Assembly (NCBI GenBank): GCA_002423485.1
Contig: DIWH01000011.1
Span: forward strand, 72,667 to 136,666
Origin: Candidatus Xenobium occultum
Lineage (GTDB): Bacteria; Vulcanimicrobiota; Xenobia; Xenobiales; Xenobiaceae
DNA: 64,000 nucleotides
Reading direction: 5' to 3'
Positions 36,160 to 43,550 of this stretch are shown here, in pieces. Under the pieces are notes generated by a model. It did not search any database. It saw nothing but the letters and a program-made list of their open reading frames with translations, and was not told where the DNA came from. The translations under genes and the position numbers were made by a program. Position 1 is the first letter of the stretch, and each line of letters starts with the position of its first letter.

Positions 36160-37401
36160 ATGACTCGAGTGACCCATGCTCAGATGAGGGATCCAGACTG
36201 CAGCAGGTCAGCTACCAGGATGGACATGGAGGGGGCAGATCGACGTGCGAATGAAAGAGCGAATCCAGGATGCATTCCTGCCCCCGAAATCGCCCTGAAG
36301 ATCGAAGAGAGAATGCCAGGAGATGTGACGGACAGCGGGAAAGCCCCTCCCCTCATGAGCCAGGAACCGATGAATGCAAACGCTTGGCTGCAACGAGCCT
36401 GCGAGGAAGAAGAGCAGGATCGGACACACGCTGCCCTGACCGCCGTGGACGAGGCCCTGAGCCTGAGTCCCATCCTGGCAGAGGCCTGGAGACTGAAGGC
36501 CAGCCTGCTCCTGGACATGGACCGCACCCAGGAGGCTCTCCAGACGCTGGAGCAGGCGACCTCCACCCTCCCCCAGGACCCGGGGTGCTGGTTCGAGCGG
36601 GGTGCCGCTCTGGTGGAGGAAGACCCGGCAACGGCCGCGGACTGCTTCACCCGGGTTCAGCAACTGGCTCCCGACTTTCCGCGGGTGACCGCCAACCTGG
36701 GGATCGCCCTGTTGAAGGCAGGCCGCTTCGAGGAGGCCGTCCGGGCCCTGGAAGCGGCTGTGACCCGATCACCCGAGGAAGCCCACCTGTGGAGCCATCT
36801 GGGCGAAGCCGCCCTGGCCGTGCACCGCTGTCGACAGGCCCTGGACAGCTTCGATCGGGCCTTGGCATTGACACCGGACGACTACGTGATCCTGGGCAAC
36901 CGGGCCCTGGCCCTGTGCCACCTGTCCCGACCCGAGCCGGCCCTGGCCTGCCTGGAGCGAGCTTTGGAGTTGGCCCCCCAGGAAGCCAGGCTCTGGGCCA
37001 TCCGAGGTCTGCTCATGGAGCAGGCGATGCATCCCGACGAGGCCCTGGCCGCCTTTGACCGTTCCCTGGACCTGGACCCTCGGGATCCGGACACCTGGAG
37101 CCACAAGGCCCAACACCTCCTGGGCAGGGGCCGGACCGAAGAAGCTGTCCGCTGCCGTCGGCAGGCCCTGATGCTGAGCGGACGCCTGAAGGTTTGGGGC
37201 CTGTGCCTGCTGGACGAAGCGAACAGCCCGGTCCCCGGGACGGAACTGAGATGTGAGACGGACCTGCCCCCCGAGGCGATTGCCCACCGATACCTCGCGG
37301 ACCTGGCGGGTCAAGGGCACCAGGTGGATCAGGACGGCCTGGTGGACGGCCGATTCCGGGCGGCACTCTGGGAAATGTCGCCTGAAGAGCTCCCGACCTG
37401 A
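36160..37401 (+). CDS. TPR-repeat protein
   Basis: Multiple TPR units (AWRLKASLLLDMDRTQEALQTLEQA..., ANLGIALLKAGRFEEAVRALEAAV...). The start is uncertain; internal Met codons at 36223 and 36355 are candidates. Confidence 0.6.
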   Translation: MTRVTHAQMRDPDCSRSATRMDMEGADRRANERANPGCIPAPEIALKIEERMPGDVTDSGKAPPLMSQEPMNANAWLQRACEEEEQDRTHAALTAVDEALSLSPILAEAWRLKASLLLDMDRTQEALQTLEQATSTLPQDPGCWFERGAALVEEDPATAADCFTRVQQLAPDFPRVTANLGIALLKAGRFEEAVRALEAAVTRSPEEAHLWSHLGEAALAVHRCRQALDSFDRALALTPDDYVILGNRALALCHLSRPEPALACLERALELAPQEARLWAIRGLLMEQAMHPDEALAAFDRSLDLDPRDPDTWSHKAQHLLGRGRTEEAVRCRRQALMLSGRLKVWGLCLLDEANSPVPGTELRCETDLPPEAIAHRYLADLAGQGHQVDQDGLVDGRFRAALWEMSPEELPT

Positions 37402-37409
37402 AGACCAGC

Positions 37410-38369
37410 TCAGTTGAACTCGTCGGGGTCGGTGAAGGGCCGAGCCAGGGTCTGGCACAGGCGCTGAAGGAAACCTCCCTCCTCTTTGAGGGGACGCAGT
37501 CGGCGTGGAGAGAGCGCCTTGAGGTGGGCCAGCATGTCCTTCATCTCAAGATAGCGCTGAGTCGGGTCGACATCGGTGGCCACTTTCACGATGCCGGCGA
37601 AATCCTCGCTGATCGCCGGATTGACCTGCGTGCACGGAGCAAAGACGCCCGGCTGGACGGTCGGGTCGTGGCCGGTCACCATCTGGTGCATCAGGACGCC
37701 CAAGGCATACACATCATTGGACCGGCCGATGACGGCCTCTGAACCGCACTGCTCGGGTGGTGCATAACCTCGAGTCCCCAGCCTGGGTTCCTCGGGTGAG
37801 CGAGGGGCCAGGAGCCGACCCAGGCCGAAATCCGTCAGGATGACATCGCCTCGCTGGGTCAACAAGACGTTATTGGGGTTGAGATCGGCGAAATAGAGCG
37901 GTGGCCGGTAGTTGTGCATCCAATCCAGGATGACGGCCGTCTTGACGGCCACATCGATGGCCTGGGATTCCAGGAAAGGCCTGTTCCGCATCGACATCAC
38001 TTCGCCCAGCCGATGCCCCGGGACGTAGTCGAAGACCACGTACTCGGCCCCGTTCTCGAAGAAATAATCCTTCAGGGTTGTCAAGCCGGGGTGCTGGACC
38101 TCGACGTAGGGAGCCGCAACCTTCCGAAAGTAGTCCATGACCTCCCGATGCGCATCCGAGCCCTGACCGCCCTCCGCCCGAACCTCCTTGATGGCGTACT
38201 TGCGCTCGGAGCTGTGCAGGGAGACGGCCAGATACAGATTGCTGTAGTCATAGCACTCCAGCATCTTCACCAGCTTGTATTCTCCCTGGAGGATCGGCTT
38301 GCGCTCGGGCTCCATCGTCATGCCTCCCTGCGATGATGTTCGTTGGCCATCTTCATGTTTCGGATTCAT
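37410..38369 (-). CDS. protein kinase-like protein with degenerate catalytic loop (probable pseudokinase/atypical kinase)
   Basis: YAIKEV (beta3 Lys) and DFG are present, but HRDLKPxN is replaced by FADLNPNN and there is no Gly-rich loop. Noticeably lower GC than its neighbours. Confidence 0.65.
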   Translation of the reverse strand: MNPKHEDGQRTSSQGGMTMEPERKPILQGEYKLVKMLECYDYSNLYLAVSLHSSERKYAIKEVRAEGGQGSDAHREVMDYFRKVAAPYVEVQHPGLTTLKDYFFENGAEYVVFDYVPGHRLGEVMSMRNRPFLESQAIDVAVKTAVILDWMHNYRPPLYFADLNPNNVLLTQRGDVILTDFGLGRLLAPRSPEEPRLGTRGYAPPEQCGSEAVIGRSNDVYALGVLMHQMVTGHDPTVQPGVFAPCTQVNPAISEDFAGIVKVATDVDPTQRYLEMKDMLAHLKALSPRRLRPLKEEGGFLQRLCQTLARPFTDPDEFN

Positions 38370-38454
38370 CGGGTTGCTCCGGGTTCATTCGTTCAAGAGG
38401 GGGTACTCCCCCTTCCAGCGGACCGCGAGGCCCCCCCACAGGTCGAGCCGTGGG

Positions 38455-39099
38455 TCAGGGCTCCTCGAGCGGTGGTCCCTCGCCCGAGAAGTCCGACCAC
38501 GAAGCGGCCAGTTCCAGGAGTCGGACGACCCCGATGGTCCTCTCCCAATCCAGGAAACCTTCCAGCCCCTGCTGGTAGACCGGGCCCGACTGTCGGCGAA
38601 TGCGGTCGGCGATTCGCAGATACCCGGTCTGGCGGGCCACCACGTGGGCCACCCAGGAAGCAAACCCCTCGCTGAACCTCTCGCTGAGTTGCCTGGCCCG
38701 GACATTGTGGAAGTCCTGCCAGGCATGCCCGTATTCGTGGGCCAGCACGACCAGGGCTTCGGGACGGCGCAGCCAGCGCCCCAAGCGAATCTCACTCCCT
38801 CGGCAGGTGGCCAGGGCCACGTCTCCGCCCTCCAGGCGCAAATCCTCGGCGGCAGCCATCCGAACCGACGGCAGCGGGTCCAGTCGCATCCCTGGACCCG
38901 CTTTGCGGACAAGAAGGAAGACCACATAGTCCAGAAGCTCCCGGGCCGACTCGTCGTCCAGGGGTTTATTGCAATTGCACTCACCTGACAGGTTGTGCCC
39001 GTCGCAGTCACAATTCGGAGTTACCGGCAGTCCGGAAGCCCCCAGCGGCCCGACCAGAAGAAACAAACAGGCCAGGGTCCCCAGCGTCACCGTCCTCAA
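38455..39099 (-). CDS. putative secreted zinc metallopeptidase (HEYGHAW motif), paralogue of the upstream gene
   Basis: TTG 39099 is 7 nt after GAGGA and overlaps the upstream TGA (TTGA). Signal peptide, then LVVLAHEYGHAWQ...SERFSEGFASWVAHVV. Confidence 0.55.
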   Translation of the reverse strand: MRTVTLGTLACLFLLVGPLGASGLPVTPNCDCDGHNLSGECNCNKPLDDESARELLDYVVFLLVRKAGPGMRLDPLPSVRMAAAEDLRLEGGDVALATCRGSEIRLGRWLRRPEALVVLAHEYGHAWQDFHNVRARQLSERFSEGFASWVAHVVARQTGYLRIADRIRRQSGPVYQQGLEGFLDWERTIGVVRLLELAASWSDFSGEGPPLEEP

Positions 39100-40013
39100 A
39101 AATCGGTCCTCGTCCGAGCCAGGCTCAAGGCCGCGGCGGTACCCGTCCCCCTTTCGATCTGCAAGAAGCGGCGAAGCCCCTCTGCGTAGGGTCCCGACTT
39201 CTCGGCCAGCAGCCGGTCGCACTCCGCCTGCCGGCCGAGATGCTGATTGACATTGAAGGCCACCCACTCGGCGAACCCCTCACGCATCCGGCTGCTGCAT
39301 TCCAGATAGCGGGAATTCTGCTCGCTGTGCCAGGCGTGGGCATATTCGTGGGCGGCCACGGTCAGAAGCCTCTCCCGCGGCAGACCGCTGATGAAATAGA
39401 CCGTGTAGCGACGACTGAAGCCTTGGACCTGCAGATGGAAAAGCCCCAGAACGTCGCTGCCCGCCTGGGAGCGGCGCCCAAGAAGGCGCCTCAGGGCGGC
39501 TCCATCCACGACCCGGACCACATCGACGGGATGTTCCAGGCGCATCTGCGCCCCCATGGCCGCGACCACGACCTGCTCGGCCTGATGCAGAATCGCTTCG
39601 GCCGGACTGGTGGTCAGCACCGCCTGCCGGAGGTGATCCGCGCACAAGGCCCGTCCGTCGGACAGACGCCGGCCGGACGGACCCGCGGGCAGGCCACAGA
39701 CGAAACAGGCCGGGTAGCGCTCGTGGCAGGCTCGACACACGGTATACCGGGAATCCAGAACCACGTAGGCCCCGACGACCAGGGCCCCGCACGTGACGCA
39801 ACGGGGGCCGAGGCGCTCGTAGTCGGCGGGGCAGAGCTGTCGACCATCGGGCAGGCGGTAATAGGTTCCCACCAACGGTTTGCCGCAGGCAGAACAGGTT
39901 GGCTGGGCCTGGGAGGGTGCGACCAGGAAGACAAGGAGCACGAGCGCCAGGAGGAGACGAAAGGTTGCGACGGCCCACCACTCCTTGTGCGGACGAGCCC
40001 TTCCTTGGTCCAA
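39096..40013 (-). CDS. putative zinc metallopeptidase (HEYAHAW motif) with TM segment and Cys-rich zinc-ribbon region
   Basis: TTG 40013 is 9 nt after GGAGGAAGG. The N-terminal region is hydrophobic, followed by CSACG...CPADY...CVTCG...CRACHERYPACFVCG, then LLTVAAHEYAHAWH...REGFAEWVAFNV. Confidence 0.55.
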   Translation of the reverse strand: MDQGRARPHKEWWAVATFRLLLALVLLVFLVAPSQAQPTCSACGKPLVGTYYRLPDGRQLCPADYERLGPRCVTCGALVVGAYVVLDSRYTVCRACHERYPACFVCGLPAGPSGRRLSDGRALCADHLRQAVLTTSPAEAILHQAEQVVVAAMGAQMRLEHPVDVVRVVDGAALRRLLGRRSQAGSDVLGLFHLQVQGFSRRYTVYFISGLPRERLLTVAAHEYAHAWHSEQNSRYLECSSRMREGFAEWVAFNVNQHLGRQAECDRLLAEKSGPYAEGLRRFLQIERGTGTAAALSLARTRTDF

Positions 40014-40092
40014 GTTCAGCACCCTTCCTCCACTTCCACGCGGACCGACCTGGCCGGCCCTGGGGACGCAGGGAGGCGGTCGGGGTGGAACT

Positions 40093-40875
40093 TCACCTGG
40101 AACGCGCCCGACTTCGGGCCGCCAGGTAGGCGCGGTATTCAGAATAGATGGTGTGCACGTAGTAACGGGTCTCGGCGTACGGAGGCACGCCCCCGTATTC
40201 CATGACGGCGCCCGGGCCTGCGTTGTATGCGGCCAGGGCCAGGCGAACATCCTTGAAGCGGCGCAACTGGTTGGCGATGTAGCGCACCCCACCGCCCACG
40301 TTCTGGTCCGGGTCGAAGGGGTCCGAGACTCCCAGGCCGACTGCGGTCCCGGGCATCAACTGCATCAAGCCCTGGGCTCCGACTGGAGAGACGGCCTGAG
40401 GATTGAAGTTGGATTCATGACGAATCACCAACTCCACCAACAGGGGGTCGACGTTGTGGGTCCGGGCGTGGCGGAGGATGATCTCGTTGAGATCGACCCG
40501 GGCCAGGCGGCGAACCATCTGGCCAGAGGCATCGCGAACCCAGGCCAGACAAGAGACGGGCCGCGGGGGCCTCTTGCCAGCGTCGAAGGTGCTGAACGCG
40601 AACTCTCGGGGCACCGCTCCCGTGGCCGCTGGAGTCCCCGCAGGCAGTTCCTGGAAGGTGCGAGGTCGGATGACCGGCCGCGAGTTTCGCAAGATGCTGC
40701 CTTCCTGGCGGATCTCGCGCCGGAAGGTGGCAGCCCCACTGTTGGTGTACACGGTCTGGGGCTTTCCGTCCACCTGTCGCGTCTCAGCCCAGGTGGCCTC
40801 GGCGCGGGCGGGGCCCGACGCCGCAAGAATTCCCACCACAGCCAGGAGCGCAGCAGCCCGCGCAAGAAGAGTCAT
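40093..40875 (-). CDS. lytic transglycosylase (SLT domain) with signal peptide
   Basis: MTLLARAAALLAVVGILAASGPARAEA signal peptide. SLT catalytic region ...VIRHESNFNPQAVSPVGAQGLMQLMP...AAYNAGPG. Confidence 0.75.
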   Translation of the reverse strand: MTLLARAAALLAVVGILAASGPARAEATWAETRQVDGKPQTVYTNSGAATFRREIRQEGSILRNSRPVIRPRTFQELPAGTPAATGAVPREFAFSTFDAGKRPPRPVSCLAWVRDASGQMVRRLARVDLNEIILRHARTHNVDPLLVELVIRHESNFNPQAVSPVGAQGLMQLMPGTAVGLGVSDPFDPDQNVGGGVRYIANQLRRFKDVRLALAAYNAGPGAVMEYGGVPPYAETRYYVHTIYSEYRAYLAARSRARSR

Positions 40876-41004
40876 CGCCTCGGCTCCCTCCGGACCCGGC
40901 TTCCGCCCAGGTCCCAGATCGATCGACATTGTTTCTTGGCTGTAGAGAGCCGGGTTCCTTCTCGGAAGGGGTCGATAATACCTCAGAAGCCCAGGAGGCA
41001 GCAC

Positions 41005-41868
41005 TTGGCTGAACACAATGGTCTTGAGAGGCCGTGTCCCCGATGCGAAGGCTCCGGCCGCTGCGTCGACTGTTCGGGGACCGGCCAGGCGGTCTGCCCG
41101 GGATGTCAGGGGCAGGGCAGCCGGACATCTCCACGCGGGATGGAGTCCACCTGTCGAATCTGCAACGGCCTTGGGACGATTGCCTGCCCCGAGGAGTGCC
41201 CCTCCTGCAACGGCACGGGCCGCATCAGTCCCAGTTTCCAGAAGGAAATCCACCAGAAGTACACAGTCAGCTTCTCCAACTACTCGCCTCTGGCCCACGC
41301 GGTGACCGGACTGACCGCGTTGACGGTCGCGGTCTATCTGCTCGCCCCACCGGATTTCACGCCGTTGCTCCCGCCACCGTTGCCCACGCTGCTCTGGTCG
41401 GCCCTGCGCAACCACGCCAATGTCCTGGACACCTTCGAGCTGTGGCGTTTCCTGACACCGGTCCTGCTTCACGCCGGTTGGTGGCACCTGCTGGCCAACA
41501 TGTATTTCCTGGTGAACATGGGCCCGCCGCTGGAGGGCGTCCTGGGCACGCGCCGCTTCCTGTTGCTCTATGTCCTGGCCGCTTTGGGGGGCAACATCCT
41601 GTCCTGGGCCTTCAACCCGGTCCCCGGGGTGGGGGCCTCCACGGCGCTCTTCGGAGTCGGGGCCGCCTACGTCGGCTTGTCCTGGCGCTGGCGCCTGTTC
41701 GAGGAGGCCGGGGCACGCCGGATTGGCATCGTCTTGAGCCTCCTGCTGGTGCTGGGTTTCGCCCTGTCCGATGTGTTCGGAATTCCGCTGGACAACTGGG
41801 GACACCTGGGCGGCGGCCTGGTCGGACTGGCCTTCACCGCCCTGGGGACCCGCCCCCGCGGACACTGA
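41005..41868 (+). CDS. rhomboid-family intramembrane serine protease with N-terminal 4x CxxC zinc-ribbon domain
   Basis: TTG 41005 is 6 nt after AGGAGG. CPRCEGSGRCVDC...CPGCQG...CRICNG...CPEECPSCNG, then 6 TM helices with GASTALFG (catalytic Ser) and WGHLGG (catalytic His). Confidence 0.7.
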   Translation: MAEHNGLERPCPRCEGSGRCVDCSGTGQAVCPGCQGQGSRTSPRGMESTCRICNGLGTIACPEECPSCNGTGRISPSFQKEIHQKYTVSFSNYSPLAHAVTGLTALTVAVYLLAPPDFTPLLPPPLPTLLWSALRNHANVLDTFELWRFLTPVLLHAGWWHLLANMYFLVNMGPPLEGVLGTRRFLLLYVLAALGGNILSWAFNPVPGVGASTALFGVGAAYVGLSWRWRLFEEAGARRIGIVLSLLLVLGFALSDVFGIPLDNWGHLGGGLVGLAFTALGTRPRGH

Positions 41869-41972
41869 GTCCCGGAAGGGGGCAACTTTCCCCACCTCGA
41901 AGCGCATGATTGGCAAGAACCGCCGGGAGACAACCGCCCAGGGGGGCCCGCTCCCGGTTGATGGGAGGTATC

Positions 41973-42986
41973 ATGTCGAGAAGAAGACTCCTCTTTCTTG
42001 GAATGCTGGTGGGCCTGTTCTTGATTGTTGCGCCGGATGGGGCCCGGGCCAGCGAGCAGGAAGAACTGGCACAGAACATGCCGGTGGCCATCGTGTCCCA
42101 GGTCCTGGGTCAGGCCCAGGTGAAGAACGTGAACGGCGACTGGCGCCCTCTGTACCTGCTGGAACTTCTCCGGCCGGAAGACCATCTCCAGACGGCGGAC
42201 GACGGCAAGGTCGTGGTCCTGTTCTTCTTTGACAACCACCTGGAGGTCCTCGACCCGACCGGTCAGGCCAAGGTTGCCTTCAAGAACCTTCAGTCCGACA
42301 CCGGCCCCGTGCGCCGGGCCGAGACCAGGAACCGAAGCCGCGGACAAATCGAGATTCCCTACATGTTGCTGCGCCGACTGCGCGTGGCCGACTTCACGCA
42401 GGCAGACGAACCCGGGGCCTACGAGAAGGAGGAAGTCTTCCTCTCGGCCTGGGTGAAGGCCACCACCTCCCCCCCGGTCTTCTACTGCAAAGACCTCCAG
42501 TTGCCCAAGTACCGATTCCAGTTCTTCAACGAATGGGACGAATTCCTGTACGAAGGGACTTCGACCGAGCCGAGATTCAAGTTCCCCTTCCAGGGCCCGG
42601 TCCAATTGACCCGCAACAGCCTGTACTACTGGCAGGTCCTGGGGCCCGACGACTCGATCGTGGTCCGCAAATACCCCTTCCGCGTCCTGACCCAACCGCT
42701 GGCCCAGCTCGTCGAGCGCAGTGAGAAGAGATTCGAGGCTCTCAAGAAGGCCAACGGCTCGACCAGCATCGACGAGACGGACATGTTCCTGCTGTACAAC
42801 ACCCAGGGTCTGGTGGACAAGAACCTTCACCTGCTGCAGGAGATGTCGCGAAAGGACCCCGAGAATCCCCTGCTCTACCGGGCCCTGGTGCGCGCCTACC
42901 TGACCCGAGGTTGCCCGGCCCATGCCCGGGAGGCATTGGACAGGGAAACCGCCCTGGGTTCCCAGGATCCCATCGAGAAGCTCTGA
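41973..42986 (+). CDS. secreted hypothetical protein (337 aa)
   Basis: ATG 41973 is 5 nt after GGGAGG. Signal peptide MSRRRLLFLGMLVGLFLIVAPDGARA. Lower GC than surroundings. Confidence 0.5.
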   Translation: MSRRRLLFLGMLVGLFLIVAPDGARASEQEELAQNMPVAIVSQVLGQAQVKNVNGDWRPLYLLELLRPEDHLQTADDGKVVVLFFFDNHLEVLDPTGQAKVAFKNLQSDTGPVRRAETRNRSRGQIEIPYMLLRRLRVADFTQADEPGAYEKEEVFLSAWVKATTSPPVFYCKDLQLPKYRFQFFNEWDEFLYEGTSTEPRFKFPFQGPVQLTRNSLYYWQVLGPDDSIVVRKYPFRVLTQPLAQLVERSEKRFEALKKANGSTSIDETDMFLLYNTQGLVDKNLHLLQEMSRKDPENPLLYRALVRAYLTRGCPAHAREALDRETALGSQDPIEKL

Positions 42987-42996
42987 GAGGACCGAG

Positions 42997-43443
42997 ATGA
43001 CCGCCCCCACCTCCAACAACGAGACGGTCCGGAAGCGCATCCTGGATTTCCTCCAACGCGTCGACCGCCTGGATGAACCTGGGGCCATCCTGGGGGGGGA
43101 CGGTCTTCCCGAGACCACCGTGTTCGAGTGTGTGGCCCAGACCTGGCCGGGTCGCCAGGTGGTCCACCTCGACTCTTCCTTCCCCTTGGAGCCAGAGAGG
43201 ATCCGACAGTCGATCCGGGACTCGTTTGTCCCCGGCCGGGTGCTCCTGATGACGCTGACCCATCGGGCCGGCCGAGACCTGTTCCGCTTCCTCGAGCAGC
43301 TCCTCGTGGAGGGGACCCTGGAGGTCCAGGCCGGGCAAGAGTGGACCCGAGTGCACCCCCCTGAACACTGGCGCCTGGTCATCCACTCGCGGCCAGGGCG
43401 CTTCCCCTTGGATGAGGCGGTGAGTTCCCGACTCGCCCTGTAG
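42997..43443 (+). CDS. hypothetical protein (148 aa)
   Basis: ATG 42997 follows GAGAGGA. The ORF-track start at 42922 adds a Pro/Arg-rich leader. Confidence 0.45.
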   Translation: MTAPTSNNETVRKRILDFLQRVDRLDEPGAILGGDGLPETTVFECVAQTWPGRQVVHLDSSFPLEPERIRQSIRDSFVPGRVLLMTLTHRAGRDLFRFLEQLLVEGTLEVQAGQEWTRVHPPEHWRLVIHSRPGRFPLDEAVSSRLAL

Positions 43444-43550
43444 TCGGATCCACCCCGATGGGAATCGAGAAGGTGCGCCGGTCGGCGCACCTTCTCACAT
43501 GAAGCAGACCTCTGGTCCTCGCCAGGTTGGGCCCGGCAGCAGGCGTGGTC

